Shown here: one piece after another, positions 19,905 through 29,718 of the stretch
Numbering within the stretch: the first letter of the stretch is position 1
Layout: each line of letters starts with the position of its first letter
Origin: Candidatus Latescibacterota bacterium
Lineage (GTDB): Bacteria; Latescibacterota; UBA2968; GCA-2709665
Assembly (NCBI GenBank): GCA_965219455.1
Contig: OZ244744.1
Coordinates: 3,968,001 to 4,032,000 of the forward strand
DNA length: 64,000 nt
Direction: 5' to 3'
Notes under the pieces: generated by a model
The model's database searches: none
Told to the model about the DNA's origin: nothing
Seen by the model: only the letters and a program-made list of their open reading frames with translations
Position numbers and translations under genes: made by a program

Positions 19905-20942
19905 TTAATGGCGGTTGGCTTCCAGCCATGCCAATTGGCGGTTATCAGGGAAGGGCGCGATCGAATTCCGCAGGTCGCCGATGCCGCCGAAGGACATCAG
20001 GACGGTGTCGTTAACCTGGAGGCCGTTGGGCAGGTCGGCTTCCGAAAAAACAATGGGTGTGCCCCAGTACAGCAGCTGCAGGGTCCTCTCTCGCAAGGGC
20101 AAACGACTGAAAAGAGACCGCTCCAGGTGGAAAAGCCGGTCAGGCATATTGAGATGGCTCTGACCGGTGTGGCCCGCCTTGCGGGCGATGCGTTCGTTGT
20201 CTCTCAGGATTTCGCAGGATACGGCGACGCTGGTGTCGTCGTATTCGGAATCCGTGACCAGAACCGGCCCCAGGCTGGCGCAACCGCCGTGCCAGTTCTT
20301 GGCCTGGGGAAGATTCAGCGGATTTTCGGCTTCAATACCGTTGTCGGTGTAGTCGTTGCCGCCGGTAAAGCCCAGGCGCTCGATCTGACCTCGGGTGTCC
20401 AGTCCGTAAAGGGTGACCAGTTCGGTTTCGGGCACGAGGCGGCGGGTGTTGTCCGGACGGGCGATGTGCCCGCGATGTCCGGCCAGCGCGTCCACGTCGG
20501 TCTTCGCGAAGAGTTCGGGTATGCCTCCGCGCGCGCATTCGCGGTATTTCTGATCGTACACGTTGACGGCTCCGCCGGTGGCCTCTTTCGCTTCGGCTTC
20601 CCGAAGCCTGGCGCTGTCGGCGTGGGTGACACCGGCCAGCCAGATCCGCAGTCGGTGGGGCTGTGCGGGCGGCGGGGTGACGGGAGCGATCAGGTGCGGC
20701 CGCCCCACGGATGGTCCATTATCCATAAGGTCGGCCAGGCTGTAGGAACGTGCTTTGGAAGTGTCGATGTCCGAGACAACCCGATCCAACCCCAGTGTGT
20801 CGCCACCGTGGGTAAAGTAGAGGTCGAATAATGAGGCAGGATACGGCTCGCACGCCGTGAGGTCCAGGACCATATCGCTTTCGACGAGGCCGAGACGCGA
20901 TGGGCCCGGTGCGGATGGATCGCGGAATTGCAGGAGTCTCAA
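19905..20942 (-). CDS. Fumarylacetoacetate-hydrolase (FAH) superfamily protein
   Basis: IWLAGVTH, PELFAK, VPETEL, GFTGGND..IEAENPLNLPQAK..SLGP. TTG start after GGAGGT. Confidence 0.85.
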   Translation of the reverse strand: MRLLQFRDPSAPGPSRLGLVESDMVLDLTACEPYPASLFDLYFTHGGDTLGLDRVVSDIDTSKARSYSLADLMDNGPSVGRPHLIAPVTPPPAQPHRLRIWLAGVTHADSARLREAEAKEATGGAVNVYDQKYRECARGGIPELFAKTDVDALAGHRGHIARPDNTRRLVPETELVTLYGLDTRGQIERLGFTGGNDYTDNGIEAENPLNLPQAKNWHGGCASLGPVLVTDSEYDDTSVAVSCEILRDNERIARKAGHTGQSHLNMPDRLFHLERSLFSRLPLRERTLQLLYWGTPIVFSEADLPNGLQVNDTVLMSFGGIGDLRNSIAPFPDNRQLAWLEANRH

Positions 20943-21032
20943 GGATTACACCTCCCTGGTGATCTAAGGGATGCGCGAAATGGCGTTCGTTCGAGGCAAG
21001 CCTTTCGCTGATTTCCACATTTGCCGCTTGTT

Positions 21033-21066
21033 TTTACACATAATATTGTGTAAATTTTTGTGTAAA
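21033..21066. promoter_or_regulatory. VapBC autoregulatory operator
   Basis: TTTACACA-taatat-TGTGTAAA inverted repeat plus a third TGTGTAAA half-site directly upstream of vapB. Confidence 0.75.
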
Positions 21067-21080
21067 CACGGAGGTTTGCA

Positions 21081-21281
21081 ATGGCGACCAATCTTGCACT
21101 TGACGACGCATTGATCGAAGAAGCCCGGCGAATCGGTGGGCACAGAACGAAAAAGGCTGTTGTCACCGAGGCCCTGGAAGAGTATGTCCAGCGCCGCAGA
21201 CAGCTGCAGATACTCGGTCTGTTCAATACGATCGACTACGATCCGGATTTCGACTACAAGATGCAGCGGAATCGGAAATGA
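21081..21281 (+). CDS. vapB: Type II TA antitoxin VapB
   Basis: MATNLALDDALIEEA..RTKKAVVTEALEEYV; ATGA overlap with the PIN toxin. Confidence 0.92.
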   Translation: MATNLALDDALIEEARRIGGHRTKKAVVTEALEEYVQRRRQLQILGLFNTIDYDPDFDYKMQRNRK

Positions 21282-21697
21282 AGGTATTGGTCGATACCTG
21301 CGTTTGGTCCCTGTCGTTACGGCGCAAAGTCGTTTCCGAACATCGTGTCGTCGAGGAATTGGGAGAATTGGTCCGGGAAGTTCGGGTTCAACTGATCGGA
21401 CCGGTCCGCCAGGAGATCCTTTCCGGAATTCGTTCGCACGTTCAATTCGAGGGACTTCGAAGTCGTCTGCGGGCGTTTCCGGACCTGCCACTTGAAGTTC
21501 CGGACTATGAATGCGCGGCCGATTTTTTCAATCAGAGCCGGCGCCGGGGCGTTCACGGATCGAATACGGACTTCCTGATCTGTGCGGTATCCCATCGGTA
21601 CGAGATGCCGATTCTGACCACGGACGGCGATTTTTGTCGTTTCAGCGAATATTTGCCGATCGAGCTTCACACGCCGAGGTCGGAAGCAGAGGTCTAG
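21278..21697 (+). CDS. vapC: Type II TA PIN-domain toxin VapC
   Basis: VLVDTCVWS, QEILSG, TDFLICA, ILTTDGDF. Confidence 0.93.
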   Translation: MKVLVDTCVWSLSLRRKVVSEHRVVEELGELVREVRVQLIGPVRQEILSGIRSHVQFEGLRSRLRAFPDLPLEVPDYECAADFFNQSRRRGVHGSNTDFLICAVSHRYEMPILTTDGDFCRFSEYLPIELHTPRSEAEV

Positions 21698-21701
21698 GAC
21701 G

Positions 21702-22250
21702 ATGCTGATGCAGGACGAGATGGCCGGGCTTGGGAAGCGTTTTCTCGCGTTGGTGATTGACATACTGATGCTGAAGCTGCTGGATCTGCCGCTTTCCCGC
21801 GCACTGAGAGAGGTCACGACCTCGCCAATTGCGGCGCTGGTTCTGGAGTACGGAATAACGCTGGTCTATTGTACCATTTTTCTTGCGCGCAGGGGACAGA
21901 CTCCGGGTAAGATTATGATGAGTCTGAGGGTTATTTCCGTGGATGGCGGCGCGATAGGCCGGGTCCGGGCTTTTGTCCGTTCCACCGTGAAATGGACGCC
22001 TATTTTCGTAATTTTAATTGTCCTGTCGGCACTGAACCCGTTTGCAGAACCTCATCAGGTGGCTTTGGGCGCCGAACGTGTCCTGACGCCGCCGGAGAAT
22101 TTCGATGCCGGAAGCCTGCATGTCTGGTCGATCGTCTTTTATTCGGGCTGGCTGCTGGGCTTTGTACTCGTCTGGATCACGCGCCGTCATCCGGACCGGC
22201 AGGCGCTGCACGATCGTGCGGCCGGCACCCTGGTGATGGCTTTGGGATAA
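21702..22250 (+). CDS. RDD family membrane protein
   Basis: AGLGKRFLALVID, GQTPGKIMMSLRV, RQALHDRAAGT. Confidence 0.9.
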   Translation: MLMQDEMAGLGKRFLALVIDILMLKLLDLPLSRALREVTTSPIAALVLEYGITLVYCTIFLARRGQTPGKIMMSLRVISVDGGAIGRVRAFVRSTVKWTPIFVILIVLSALNPFAEPHQVALGAERVLTPPENFDAGSLHVWSIVFYSGWLLGFVLVWITRRHPDRQALHDRAAGTLVMALG

Positions 22251-22385
22251 TCGGCCGGATCTCAGAATCGTGCGGTCGGCCGAAGGAACGGTCTTCCCTC
22301 CGATCGATCGGGAACGTGAGGTGGGAAACGCAAAAACGGCTCTGGGATCGGGCCGGCTCCAGGTACTTCGTCCCGCGCGGTGCCT

Positions 22386-24794
22386 CTATTGCCGGCGTGG
22401 GAGCGATGCAATCCGGAAAATGCTGTCCCGCTTAATGATCCGGTCGGCATTCAGGTCCTTGACCGTCATGTGGAGCGAATAGCGACCCGGATCCGCGTGT
22501 CCCAGATCCAGTTCCACAAAGTCCGAGACCCAGATTTCGGCGCCGACCTGCTCGTATCGAACCTCGATGGCTTCGCCGTCTTTCCGGATTCTGGGCAGGA
22601 AGGTTCTGGGAGATTTGTCGCTTGTGGACTTGGAGATGACCTCGAACGTCACTTCGTAACGGGTGTTTCCGAAGGCATCTTTTTCCAGGTTATAGACTTC
22701 GAAGTAGACAAAGACGGAGTTGCCAACGTAGAAGGTACGGGACGGCGCCGGAAGAATATCCCAACCATGACGCACGAATTTCGGATTGGATCCTTCTCTG
22801 GCCTCCTCCACGTTCTGGGCGATCTGGATGTCGCTCATCATGAGTTCGTCGCCGCGATAGTCGGGCAGTTCCAGGGTCTGCTGGTAGACCTGGAGCATGT
22901 CCGTTTTCTTTCGCCAGGCCTCCACCGCAAGCTGGTACACGCCCGGTGCGGCGGTCATGTCAACGCGGTCGAGTGCCAGCAGGCTCCGGCCCAGGTTGGC
23001 GTCCGTGACCGGCACGGCGAGGTCGTCGCTGCGTTTGTGGAGTCGGCCTCTGCGGCTGTCGACAAGCGCGACGCGGCGATTGACAACGATGGTCGTGTCG
23101 ATGTCATCGGGCCGGGCTACATTGTCAATGGGCAGCCCTATGTTGAGTTGCAGTTCGGTTTTGCCGTCCTGCCCGCGAAAGGAAAGGGCTTCGTAATAGT
23201 AGTCCAGGGGATCCAGCGCTTCAAAGGCGAATCGTTCCGGTTCTTTACTGGCAACCCTGGACATCCGCGCCGCGGGAGAAAGCGTGTTAAGCCGGTTTAC
23301 CATGTTGCGGAACGGTCCGCCCCGGCTTTGCATGTTGTATTCATTAATATCTCCCGGGCCGAGGACGGGTTCCGGCGCGTAGTTGAAGTTGCCCGTGTTG
23401 AACTCGTCGGTGAAGGCGATTTCAATGCCTCCGTCGATATCGGCGTAGATCCAGACGGCCCATGGAACGGCGGACCAGTCGCCGCTGGACGTTATGGGTT
23501 TGTATCGTTCCAGGCCGACCGCGGTTTCGTCGATTGACTGACCGGGTTGCGAGCTTGAACGGACCTCCGAGTTGCGCCATGTATTTTCGGCGGCCTGCGC
23601 GGAGCGAATGGGGTAGACCGGACCCACGAATGTGAGGGCCAGGGCTTTGTTTCCGTAAAGCTGATGCGCCATGCGTTCCTGGACGCGCTGGACCTTCAGC
23701 GGCATCTGGGCATTGAGTTCACGCCAACTGGAACGGAAGTCCGGCTCTCCGTAGCGAATATATATCTCCCCCCGCCGGTCATACGGGAACTTTTTCTCTC
23801 CAAAAAACGTGCGGGCATACCACACCCGTCGGTAGTGTTCGGCCCGCCGCATCGCGCCGGCCGACGATTTGAAGGGATCTTTTCTGAGCCAGAAGTTTCG
23901 CAGGAATGCCTCGCGGGTTTCAGGTGTCGTCGTACGATAGGCATTCACTTCGCGTGAAAGGCCTACCAGCGAAATATCTTCAAAGAGGGCCTGTTCCTCA
24001 GGGGTGAGGCTGTCGATATACTGAAAGAAGGCCTCGAGCGCACCTTCAAAGTTCCGGTCGGCCATGAGCGCCTGGGCGACGATGGGCATGCCGCGCGAAC
24101 CCCCGAGCCGCTCCGCGATCTCCCGGGCCCTGTCGAGTTCTTTCTGTTTGAGCAGTTCAACGGCGAATTCGTAGGCTGCGGCCTGGTCGTTCGGGCGTTG
24201 TTCGAGATACTTTTTGTAAAACGTGTGGGCGGCCCGATTGTTGTTTTCCCTCTGGTAGAGTTTTGCCAGAAACAGGTATGGCGCTGCGTAGTTCGGATCC
24301 ACCTGTATACCTTTGTCCGCCGCTCGCCTTGCGGCGGTGGTTTTTCTGGAACGCAGGTAAGCGCGGGCCATCATGAAATGGGCTTCCACGTACGTGGAAT
24401 CCAGATCGACGGCCCTCTGCAGAGGAACGAGGGCGGCTCGGGGTCTGTTGCGGAGTTCGAGCAGGACCTCGCCCATGCCGAGATAGGCTCCCGCCAGTGT
24501 GGTGTCCCGGTCAACGGCCCCCTGGAAGGCGACGTCCGCGCTGTCCGCCTCCTGCAGCCGCACGTACAGGTTGCCTATACGGATCAGCATACTCGCCGGA
24601 TGGATGGCTTCGGGCAGTGCGGCGTTGAGTTCGGAGACGATTTCGCGCACGTCTTCCATGCGTTCCGTGGTTTGACCATGAGCGTAAAGGGAGTCGACGG
24701 TCGTGGGCGACAGCGAGAAAACGGAGGATGGCGCCAACAGAATGGCGATGCACATCCTGGCGACAAATATCGGAATGGGTCCAACAGGGCGCAT
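22386..24794 (-). CDS. Secreted TPR + GWxTD-domain protein (paralog of 4007-6469)
   Basis: TPRs, FWLRKDP..RRAEHYRRVWYA..PYDRRGEIYIRYGEP, VFVYFEVYNL. Start placed after AAAGGA. Confidence 0.85.
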   Translation of the reverse strand: MRPVGPIPIFVARMCIAILLAPSSVFSLSPTTVDSLYAHGQTTERMEDVREIVSELNAALPEAIHPASMLIRIGNLYVRLQEADSADVAFQGAVDRDTTLAGAYLGMGEVLLELRNRPRAALVPLQRAVDLDSTYVEAHFMMARAYLRSRKTTAARRAADKGIQVDPNYAAPYLFLAKLYQRENNNRAAHTFYKKYLEQRPNDQAAAYEFAVELLKQKELDRAREIAERLGGSRGMPIVAQALMADRNFEGALEAFFQYIDSLTPEEQALFEDISLVGLSREVNAYRTTTPETREAFLRNFWLRKDPFKSSAGAMRRAEHYRRVWYARTFFGEKKFPYDRRGEIYIRYGEPDFRSSWRELNAQMPLKVQRVQERMAHQLYGNKALALTFVGPVYPIRSAQAAENTWRNSEVRSSSQPGQSIDETAVGLERYKPITSSGDWSAVPWAVWIYADIDGGIEIAFTDEFNTGNFNYAPEPVLGPGDINEYNMQSRGGPFRNMVNRLNTLSPAARMSRVASKEPERFAFEALDPLDYYYEALSFRGQDGKTELQLNIGLPIDNVARPDDIDTTIVVNRRVALVDSRRGRLHKRSDDLAVPVTDANLGRSLLALDRVDMTAAPGVYQLAVEAWRKKTDMLQVYQQTLELPDYRGDELMMSDIQIAQNVEEAREGSNPKFVRHGWDILPAPSRTFYVGNSVFVYFEVYNLEKDAFGNTRYEVTFEVISKSTSDKSPRTFLPRIRKDGEAIEVRYEQVGAEIWVSDFVELDLGHADPGRYSLHMTVKDLNADRIIKRDSIFRIASLPRRQ

Positions 24795-24940
24795 GGATTT
24801 CCTTTCGGTTTCGAACGAACCGGAGCCGGATCGACGCATCGGGCAGTCTGCCGGAGGTGGTCGTGGATTTCCCCTCATTTTACGCCGATTCAGCCGAAAT
24901 GTTTCAAGTTTTTGCGTGCCTTGCAATATCCGCTTTCCGC

Positions 24941-24969
24941 TTGACAGTGCGGGTGGCGAAGGGTATACT
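24941..24969 (+). promoter_or_regulatory. Sigma70-type promoter
   Basis: TTGACA-17-TATACT upstream of the CLC locus. Confidence 0.75.
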
Positions 24970-25028
24970 CACTTGTCGAAATCAGTTTCTTCCACGGCGA
25001 CCGGTATTTGCAAAAAAGGGATTTAACG

Positions 25029-26214
25029 ATGGATGTTGATCCCGCGCCAACGATATTGACTTCCCCCAACGCGGCAAACCGCTTCCGAAACCGGATCGCT
25101 CGGTTCTTCCCCCGGTTGAACCTCAGTGAACAGACCTTATTGATCAGTCTGGCCATTCTGGTCGGGGTCGGCTGTGGTGCGGGTTCGGTGCTGTTTCAGT
25201 GGTTGCTGGATGTGACGCACAGGCTGCTGCTTGTAGATGCACCGGCACTTCTGGGCAACCCCTTCCTGTTTCCCCTCATTCCTGCCCTGGGCGGTCTGGC
25301 CGCCGGGTTGATCGCCTGCTTCTATGAGGCCGAGGCGCGAGGCCCCGGCGTTGCGGAAGTGATGAACGCAATCATCACCAGGCGTGGCGTTATTCGCGCG
25401 CGGGTGATGGTTGCCAAGGCGTTTGCGTCTGCATTCACGTGCTGGGTCTGTTGTTGGGGTTGAAACTGCTTAGCACGTCTCGAGGGCGGCGATTATCCAG
25501 ATCGGCGGCGCTTTCGGCCGCCTCGCCGAGGCCTGGTTGCCCGGCCTCATCAGCCCCCCGGGCGCGTACGCGGTGGTTGGCATGAGCGCCTTCGTCGCCG
25601 CAACGACACACGCCCCCCTGACATCCTCGCTGATTATTGTGGAGATGACGGGAAACTACCGCCTCATTCTGCCGTTGATGTTCGCGACGGTTCTGGCGGT
25701 GGTGATGGCGCGTGTAATCGAGCGCGAGTCCATCTATTCGCTCAAGCTGAGACGCCGGGGGTTGAATATACACCAGGGGCGGGATCTGTCGGTATTGGAA
25801 AAACTACCGGTCTCGCGGATCGTACGCGCGGACTTCGACTTCATCAGAGAATACACCCCATTGCGCGAGATAGTCGACCTGATCGGCCGCAGTAATTTGC
25901 ACGACTTCCCACTTATGGATGACAAGGGTGGGTTCAAGGGCATGATCTGGTTTCACGACATACGGGAAGTGATGCTGGAGTACGATATGCATGCCCTGCT
26001 GATCGCCGAAGACGTGATGGGAAAACCACCGCCCACCCTCGAGTCCTCCAGATCACTGGCCGATGCGCTGGTTCAGTTTTCGAAGACGGATGCGGATACC
26101 CTGCCGGTATTTCGTTCCGATTCGCGCGAAGTACTGGAAGGGATCATCACTCGATCTGACCTGCTGCGCAGTTATGAACGGGAACTCCTGATTCGAGGCC
26201 GGGAGGCGGGATAG
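25029..26214 (+). pseudogene. CLC chloride channel/antiporter with CBS pair, internally deleted and frameshifted
   Basis: N-part (ARGPGVAEVM..AKAFASAFT) and C-part (YAVVGMSAF..HAPLTSSLIIVEMTGNY + CBS domains) are in different frames; most of the central helices are missing. Confidence 0.88.
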
Positions 26215-26436
26215 CTCTCACCCACGGTCGCGCCGGACCGTGTCCGGTCGCACAAAGAAGTCGCCGATTCCCCATGCAGGTATTCCCGGGCATGATATTG
26301 GCGTATCCCCCTGTTTTTTTGTGCCTTTTCCCTTGACTACGAACAAGGGATGGGTTATTTTGGCGCTTCGCCCGGCCGGGCTGTGCCGGCATCGGATATT
26401 GACGGTGGTTTCGGGGTGTTTGCGGGAGAGGTTTTC

Positions 26437-26898
26437 ATGACCCTGATGGAGATTCTTTCAGGTAGGTCGGTAATCGCCGGGTTGAGGGGCCGGAACAAAC
26501 GGGAAATACTCGAGGAGCTGGTCGATGCCGTAGACGGTGACAAAATTACCGATCGAGGGAAGGTCCTGGAAGCCGTGCTTCTACGCGAGGAAATCATGAG
26601 TACCGGCATCGGACACGGTATCGCCATTCCGCACGGCAAATCCGAATATGTGAGCGAACTGGGCGGCGTTCTGGGCATTAAGCGGAATGGCGTTGACTTC
26701 GACGCGCTGGACGAACAGCCAACGTTCATCTTCTTCTTGCTGGTTTCGCCGATGGATGTTTCCGGGCCGCATATTAAGGCGTTGGCGCGCATCTCCCGCC
26801 TGCTCAAAGGCGAGGCGTTTCGCCGGCATCTCGTTGAATCGGAGGACCGCGAGTCCCTGATTGCCTGTATCGAAGAAGAGGAGAAACTACATTCCTGA
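26437..26898 (+). CDS. PTS EIIA domain protein (Fru/Ntr type)
   Basis: REEIMSTGIGHGIAIPHG phospho-His motif, VDFDALD, HIKALARISR. Confidence 0.93.
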   Translation: MTLMEILSGRSVIAGLRGRNKREILEELVDAVDGDKITDRGKVLEAVLLREEIMSTGIGHGIAIPHGKSEYVSELGGVLGIKRNGVDFDALDEQPTFIFFLLVSPMDVSGPHIKALARISRLLKGEAFRRHLVESEDRESLIACIEEEEKLHS

Positions 26899-27149
26899 TT
26901 CATAAAGAACGGGCCCCGAAGTGCGACAGCCTGCGATAGATTGAGTAGCAGGTTTTTTTTGTATGCGGAGTGGAATTACGGGTTCGGCGTGGGACACGTT
27001 TATGGTGCCTGGACGGACCCCCGACGTTGACGGGAGGGTTCCGGCGGAGGTCTCGTCGGCAGGGTCGAAATCGACGCTCTATTCTCCTCTGCGCCACCAC
27101 AGATGTGGTAACTCGAACGCATGAATCTGCATTTGCATGTTGGATCGGC

Positions 27150-29246
27150 ATGTTTGGTCTATCCTTTTCATCACCGGCCATGCTGCACGGGTTGTGGGCC
27201 GCTCTGTTGCCGCTGGCGATTCACCTGTTTAACCGAAGACGGGCCGTGACCGTTGCATTCAGCAACGTGGCGCTCTTGCAGACGCTTCAACAGGATCGAA
27301 TGCGCCGCGTCAGGTTGAAACAGGTCCTTGTGCTGATTCTGCGCACACTGGTCATCTTGTTCCTCGTGCTTGCTTTTGCCCGGCCGACGTTGAAAGGGCT
27401 TGAGGGCAAGGGCTCCGTGCGAACGTCGGCGTCGCTTCTGCTGGATCGATCTCTGAGCATGAGTTACAGGGTGCCTGAAGGAACCCTGTTTGACCGCGCT
27501 CGAAACCGGGCGAAAGAGGTTCTGCATCTGTTCGATGCCCAGGACGATGTACATCTGTTTCAGGTGGATGACCGGGTGGGGGAGATTGGGCCAGGGCGTC
27601 CCGACCGCCTCGCGGCCCGGCTCGAGGTCATGCGGTACACACACAGGGGAACGGATTTTCGTCCCGCGTTGGAGGCAGCCCTGGCGCGTGCCTCTCAAAC
27701 GGAGATACCGAACAGAGAGCTCTACGTCGTTTCGGATTTTGCCCGAAACGGTTGGTCGGAAGTACCCGATACGCTTTTTAAAGGACGGGATATCACCGTG
27801 TTTTGCATTCCGGTACGGCCGTCCGAACTGAACAATATGGGCATCCGCCGCGCGTCCCCCGTCGAAGGGATTCTTGCCGCAGGGAGCGCTTCGACGCTCA
27901 GGGTGTCGTTGACGGATTACGGCGGCCCCGTCCGGTTGCGTGCGCCGGTACAGATTTATCTTGACGGACGCCGGATCGGTCAGCAAGTGATACGTACGGA
28001 GGCAGGTACCTCTCCGCGTCTCCACTTCCGATTCGTTCCGGAGAGGGGGGGACAGGTTCCCCTGCGCGTGGAGCTTGGAGACGACGACCTGGTGGCGGAT
28101 AACGTCTACACATCGGTTCTGAATATCCCGGAGCGCGTCCGGGTGCTGCTGGTGGCCGAGACCGAAGACGAGAGCTATTTCGTCTCAAGGGCCCTTGCCG
28201 CGGCGTCCAGGCAGGCGGTATCGGTTCGGTCGGTTCGGCCGGATGAATTGAACGCGGATCTTTTGCAGCAGACGGACGCGGCCTTGTTGTTTAACGTGTC
28301 GCGGCTGCCCATCGGCGCCTTGAAGGTCCTGAAATATCGGGTGCAGAGCGGAATGGGCCTGATGATCAGTCTGGGGGATCGGGTGGATTTCCGTTTTTAC
28401 AATGCCGCTGTGCTCCCGGGCTTGTTTCCGGCTTCGCTGGTGGGCATTGAGGGTTCTCCAGGACAGGTCAACACCTATCACAGGCTGCGTGAGCAGGTGC
28501 CCGATCACGCGATTTTCCGGGGCGTCGCTTCGGCGGAAGGGCTGCGAAGTCCGCGGTTTTACGCGTACTGCCGGATACGGCTGGGCGATACGTCGCAGCC
28601 TGTTCTCCTTTTCCGCAACGGCGACCCCGCCCTGGCCGAAACCAGCGTTGGCGCCGGTCGTGTGGCGTTGTTTGCCGCGGGATTGAAAACCGATCTGCGT
28701 TGGACCGACCTGCCTCTGTCGGGGTTTTTCGTTCCGTTCATACATCGACTGAGCCGCTATCTGGCCGCAGGTTCTCCCGGTCAGTCCGATTATTCTGTGG
28801 GCGACACGGTGTATCGGAACCGATCTGATGTTCAGGCCCGTGAGGCCCTGCTGAAACCTCCCTCGGGGGAGACGCGAACCATATGGCCCGAACAGCGCGG
28901 CGTACATTCGGTGTGGCCTGTCGGCGAGGTGGATATCCCCGGATTCTGGGAGATTTACGCACGGGACCGCCTGGCGGACCGATTCGCCGTTCGTATCAAT
29001 GCCGAGGAAGGGGACCCGACGCCTGCTTCAGCAGAGCGGCTGAAAAAGATATTCGCAGGCGCCCGTCTGCAAATTGTGGAACCGAAGGCCTCCCCGGCAG
29101 GCGCGGTCCGGGAAGCACGTGGGGGACGGGAACTCTGGCGGCTTGCTCTGGGGCTGGCGCTGATGTTGATGATTGGGGAGGCCATCGTCGTGCGATCGGA
29201 AAGACAGGGCAGGCGGGTTCAGACGGAGACTCGACCACCTGTCTGA
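27150..29246 (+). CDS. BatA N-terminal domain + vWA + Ig-like + glutamine-amidotransferase-like membrane protein
   Basis: LPLAIHLFNRRR..FSNVALL..LRTL..LAFARP, MIDAS-like LDRSLSM, WTDLPL, C-terminal TM (RELWR). Confidence 0.88.
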   Translation: MFGLSFSSPAMLHGLWAALLPLAIHLFNRRRAVTVAFSNVALLQTLQQDRMRRVRLKQVLVLILRTLVILFLVLAFARPTLKGLEGKGSVRTSASLLLDRSLSMSYRVPEGTLFDRARNRAKEVLHLFDAQDDVHLFQVDDRVGEIGPGRPDRLAARLEVMRYTHRGTDFRPALEAALARASQTEIPNRELYVVSDFARNGWSEVPDTLFKGRDITVFCIPVRPSELNNMGIRRASPVEGILAAGSASTLRVSLTDYGGPVRLRAPVQIYLDGRRIGQQVIRTEAGTSPRLHFRFVPERGGQVPLRVELGDDDLVADNVYTSVLNIPERVRVLLVAETEDESYFVSRALAAASRQAVSVRSVRPDELNADLLQQTDAALLFNVSRLPIGALKVLKYRVQSGMGLMISLGDRVDFRFYNAAVLPGLFPASLVGIEGSPGQVNTYHRLREQVPDHAIFRGVASAEGLRSPRFYAYCRIRLGDTSQPVLLFRNGDPALAETSVGAGRVALFAAGLKTDLRWTDLPLSGFFVPFIHRLSRYLAAGSPGQSDYSVGDTVYRNRSDVQAREALLKPPSGETRTIWPEQRGVHSVWPVGEVDIPGFWEIYARDRLADRFAVRINAEEGDPTPASAERLKKIFAGARLQIVEPKASPAGAVREARGGRELWRLALGLALMLMIGEAIVVRSERQGRRVQTETRPPV

Positions 29247-29525
29247 GAAGCTGTCGCAAAACCCCCAGAGGTCTTCGCGCCTGCCTGCGCGGCGCACCGC
29301 GCTGCAGACCGACACCTTTTCGCTCGCGCTCGGGAACGTGCCAGGAATTTGAAAAGAGCTTCTGAGAAACTCCTCGCAGCGGCCCGCCGGGGTTCATTTC
29401 GACGATTGTCGCGGCGACCAGCCGCCGGCCGGTCCCATGGCTCACGATTTAACGGCGGATCTAAGCCTGTGTCTGCCACCGTAAGGAATAAATATATGTT
29501 TTTACAGTAATTTATTAGTTTAGTC

Positions 29526-29554
29526 TTGACTTTTTAGAGGGGTGCTCGTATTTT
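29526..29554 (+). promoter_or_regulatory. Sigma70-type promoter upstream of topA
   Basis: TTGACT-17-TATTTT with an AT-rich upstream tract. Confidence 0.6.
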
Positions 29555-29558
29555 TGAA

Positions 29559-29660
29559 TCGGACGCGTTGCGTGCGTCACCCGGTAATTCCGGAGAGATC
29601 GTCAGGCGATGCATTGAGAGCGATGTGAACCCTTCTCTGTGTGCTTAACAACGTGTCTGA
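29559..29660 (+). ncRNA. Candidate structured leader RNA upstream of topA (unassigned)
   Basis: A 12-bp closing stem TCGGACGCGTTG/CAACGTGTCTGA (with G-U pairs) encloses several hairpins and starts at the predicted TSS. Confidence 0.4.
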
Positions 29661-29718
29661 ACCGTGGTGAGTCACTCGATGATGTCTTTCGATGTGGCTC
29701 GTTCTTTTGGGAGAAAAT

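Noticed and set aside
26975-27080. Hairpin-rich intergenic segment upstream of the BatA gene
   Set aside because: The stems are short and expected at this GC content; no recognisable RNA family or promoter link.
26923-29260. TGCGACAGC / GCTGTCGCA inverted 9-mers flanking the BatA gene as IS ends
   Set aside because: Too short, in the wrong orientation for a composite element, with no TSD or transposase.
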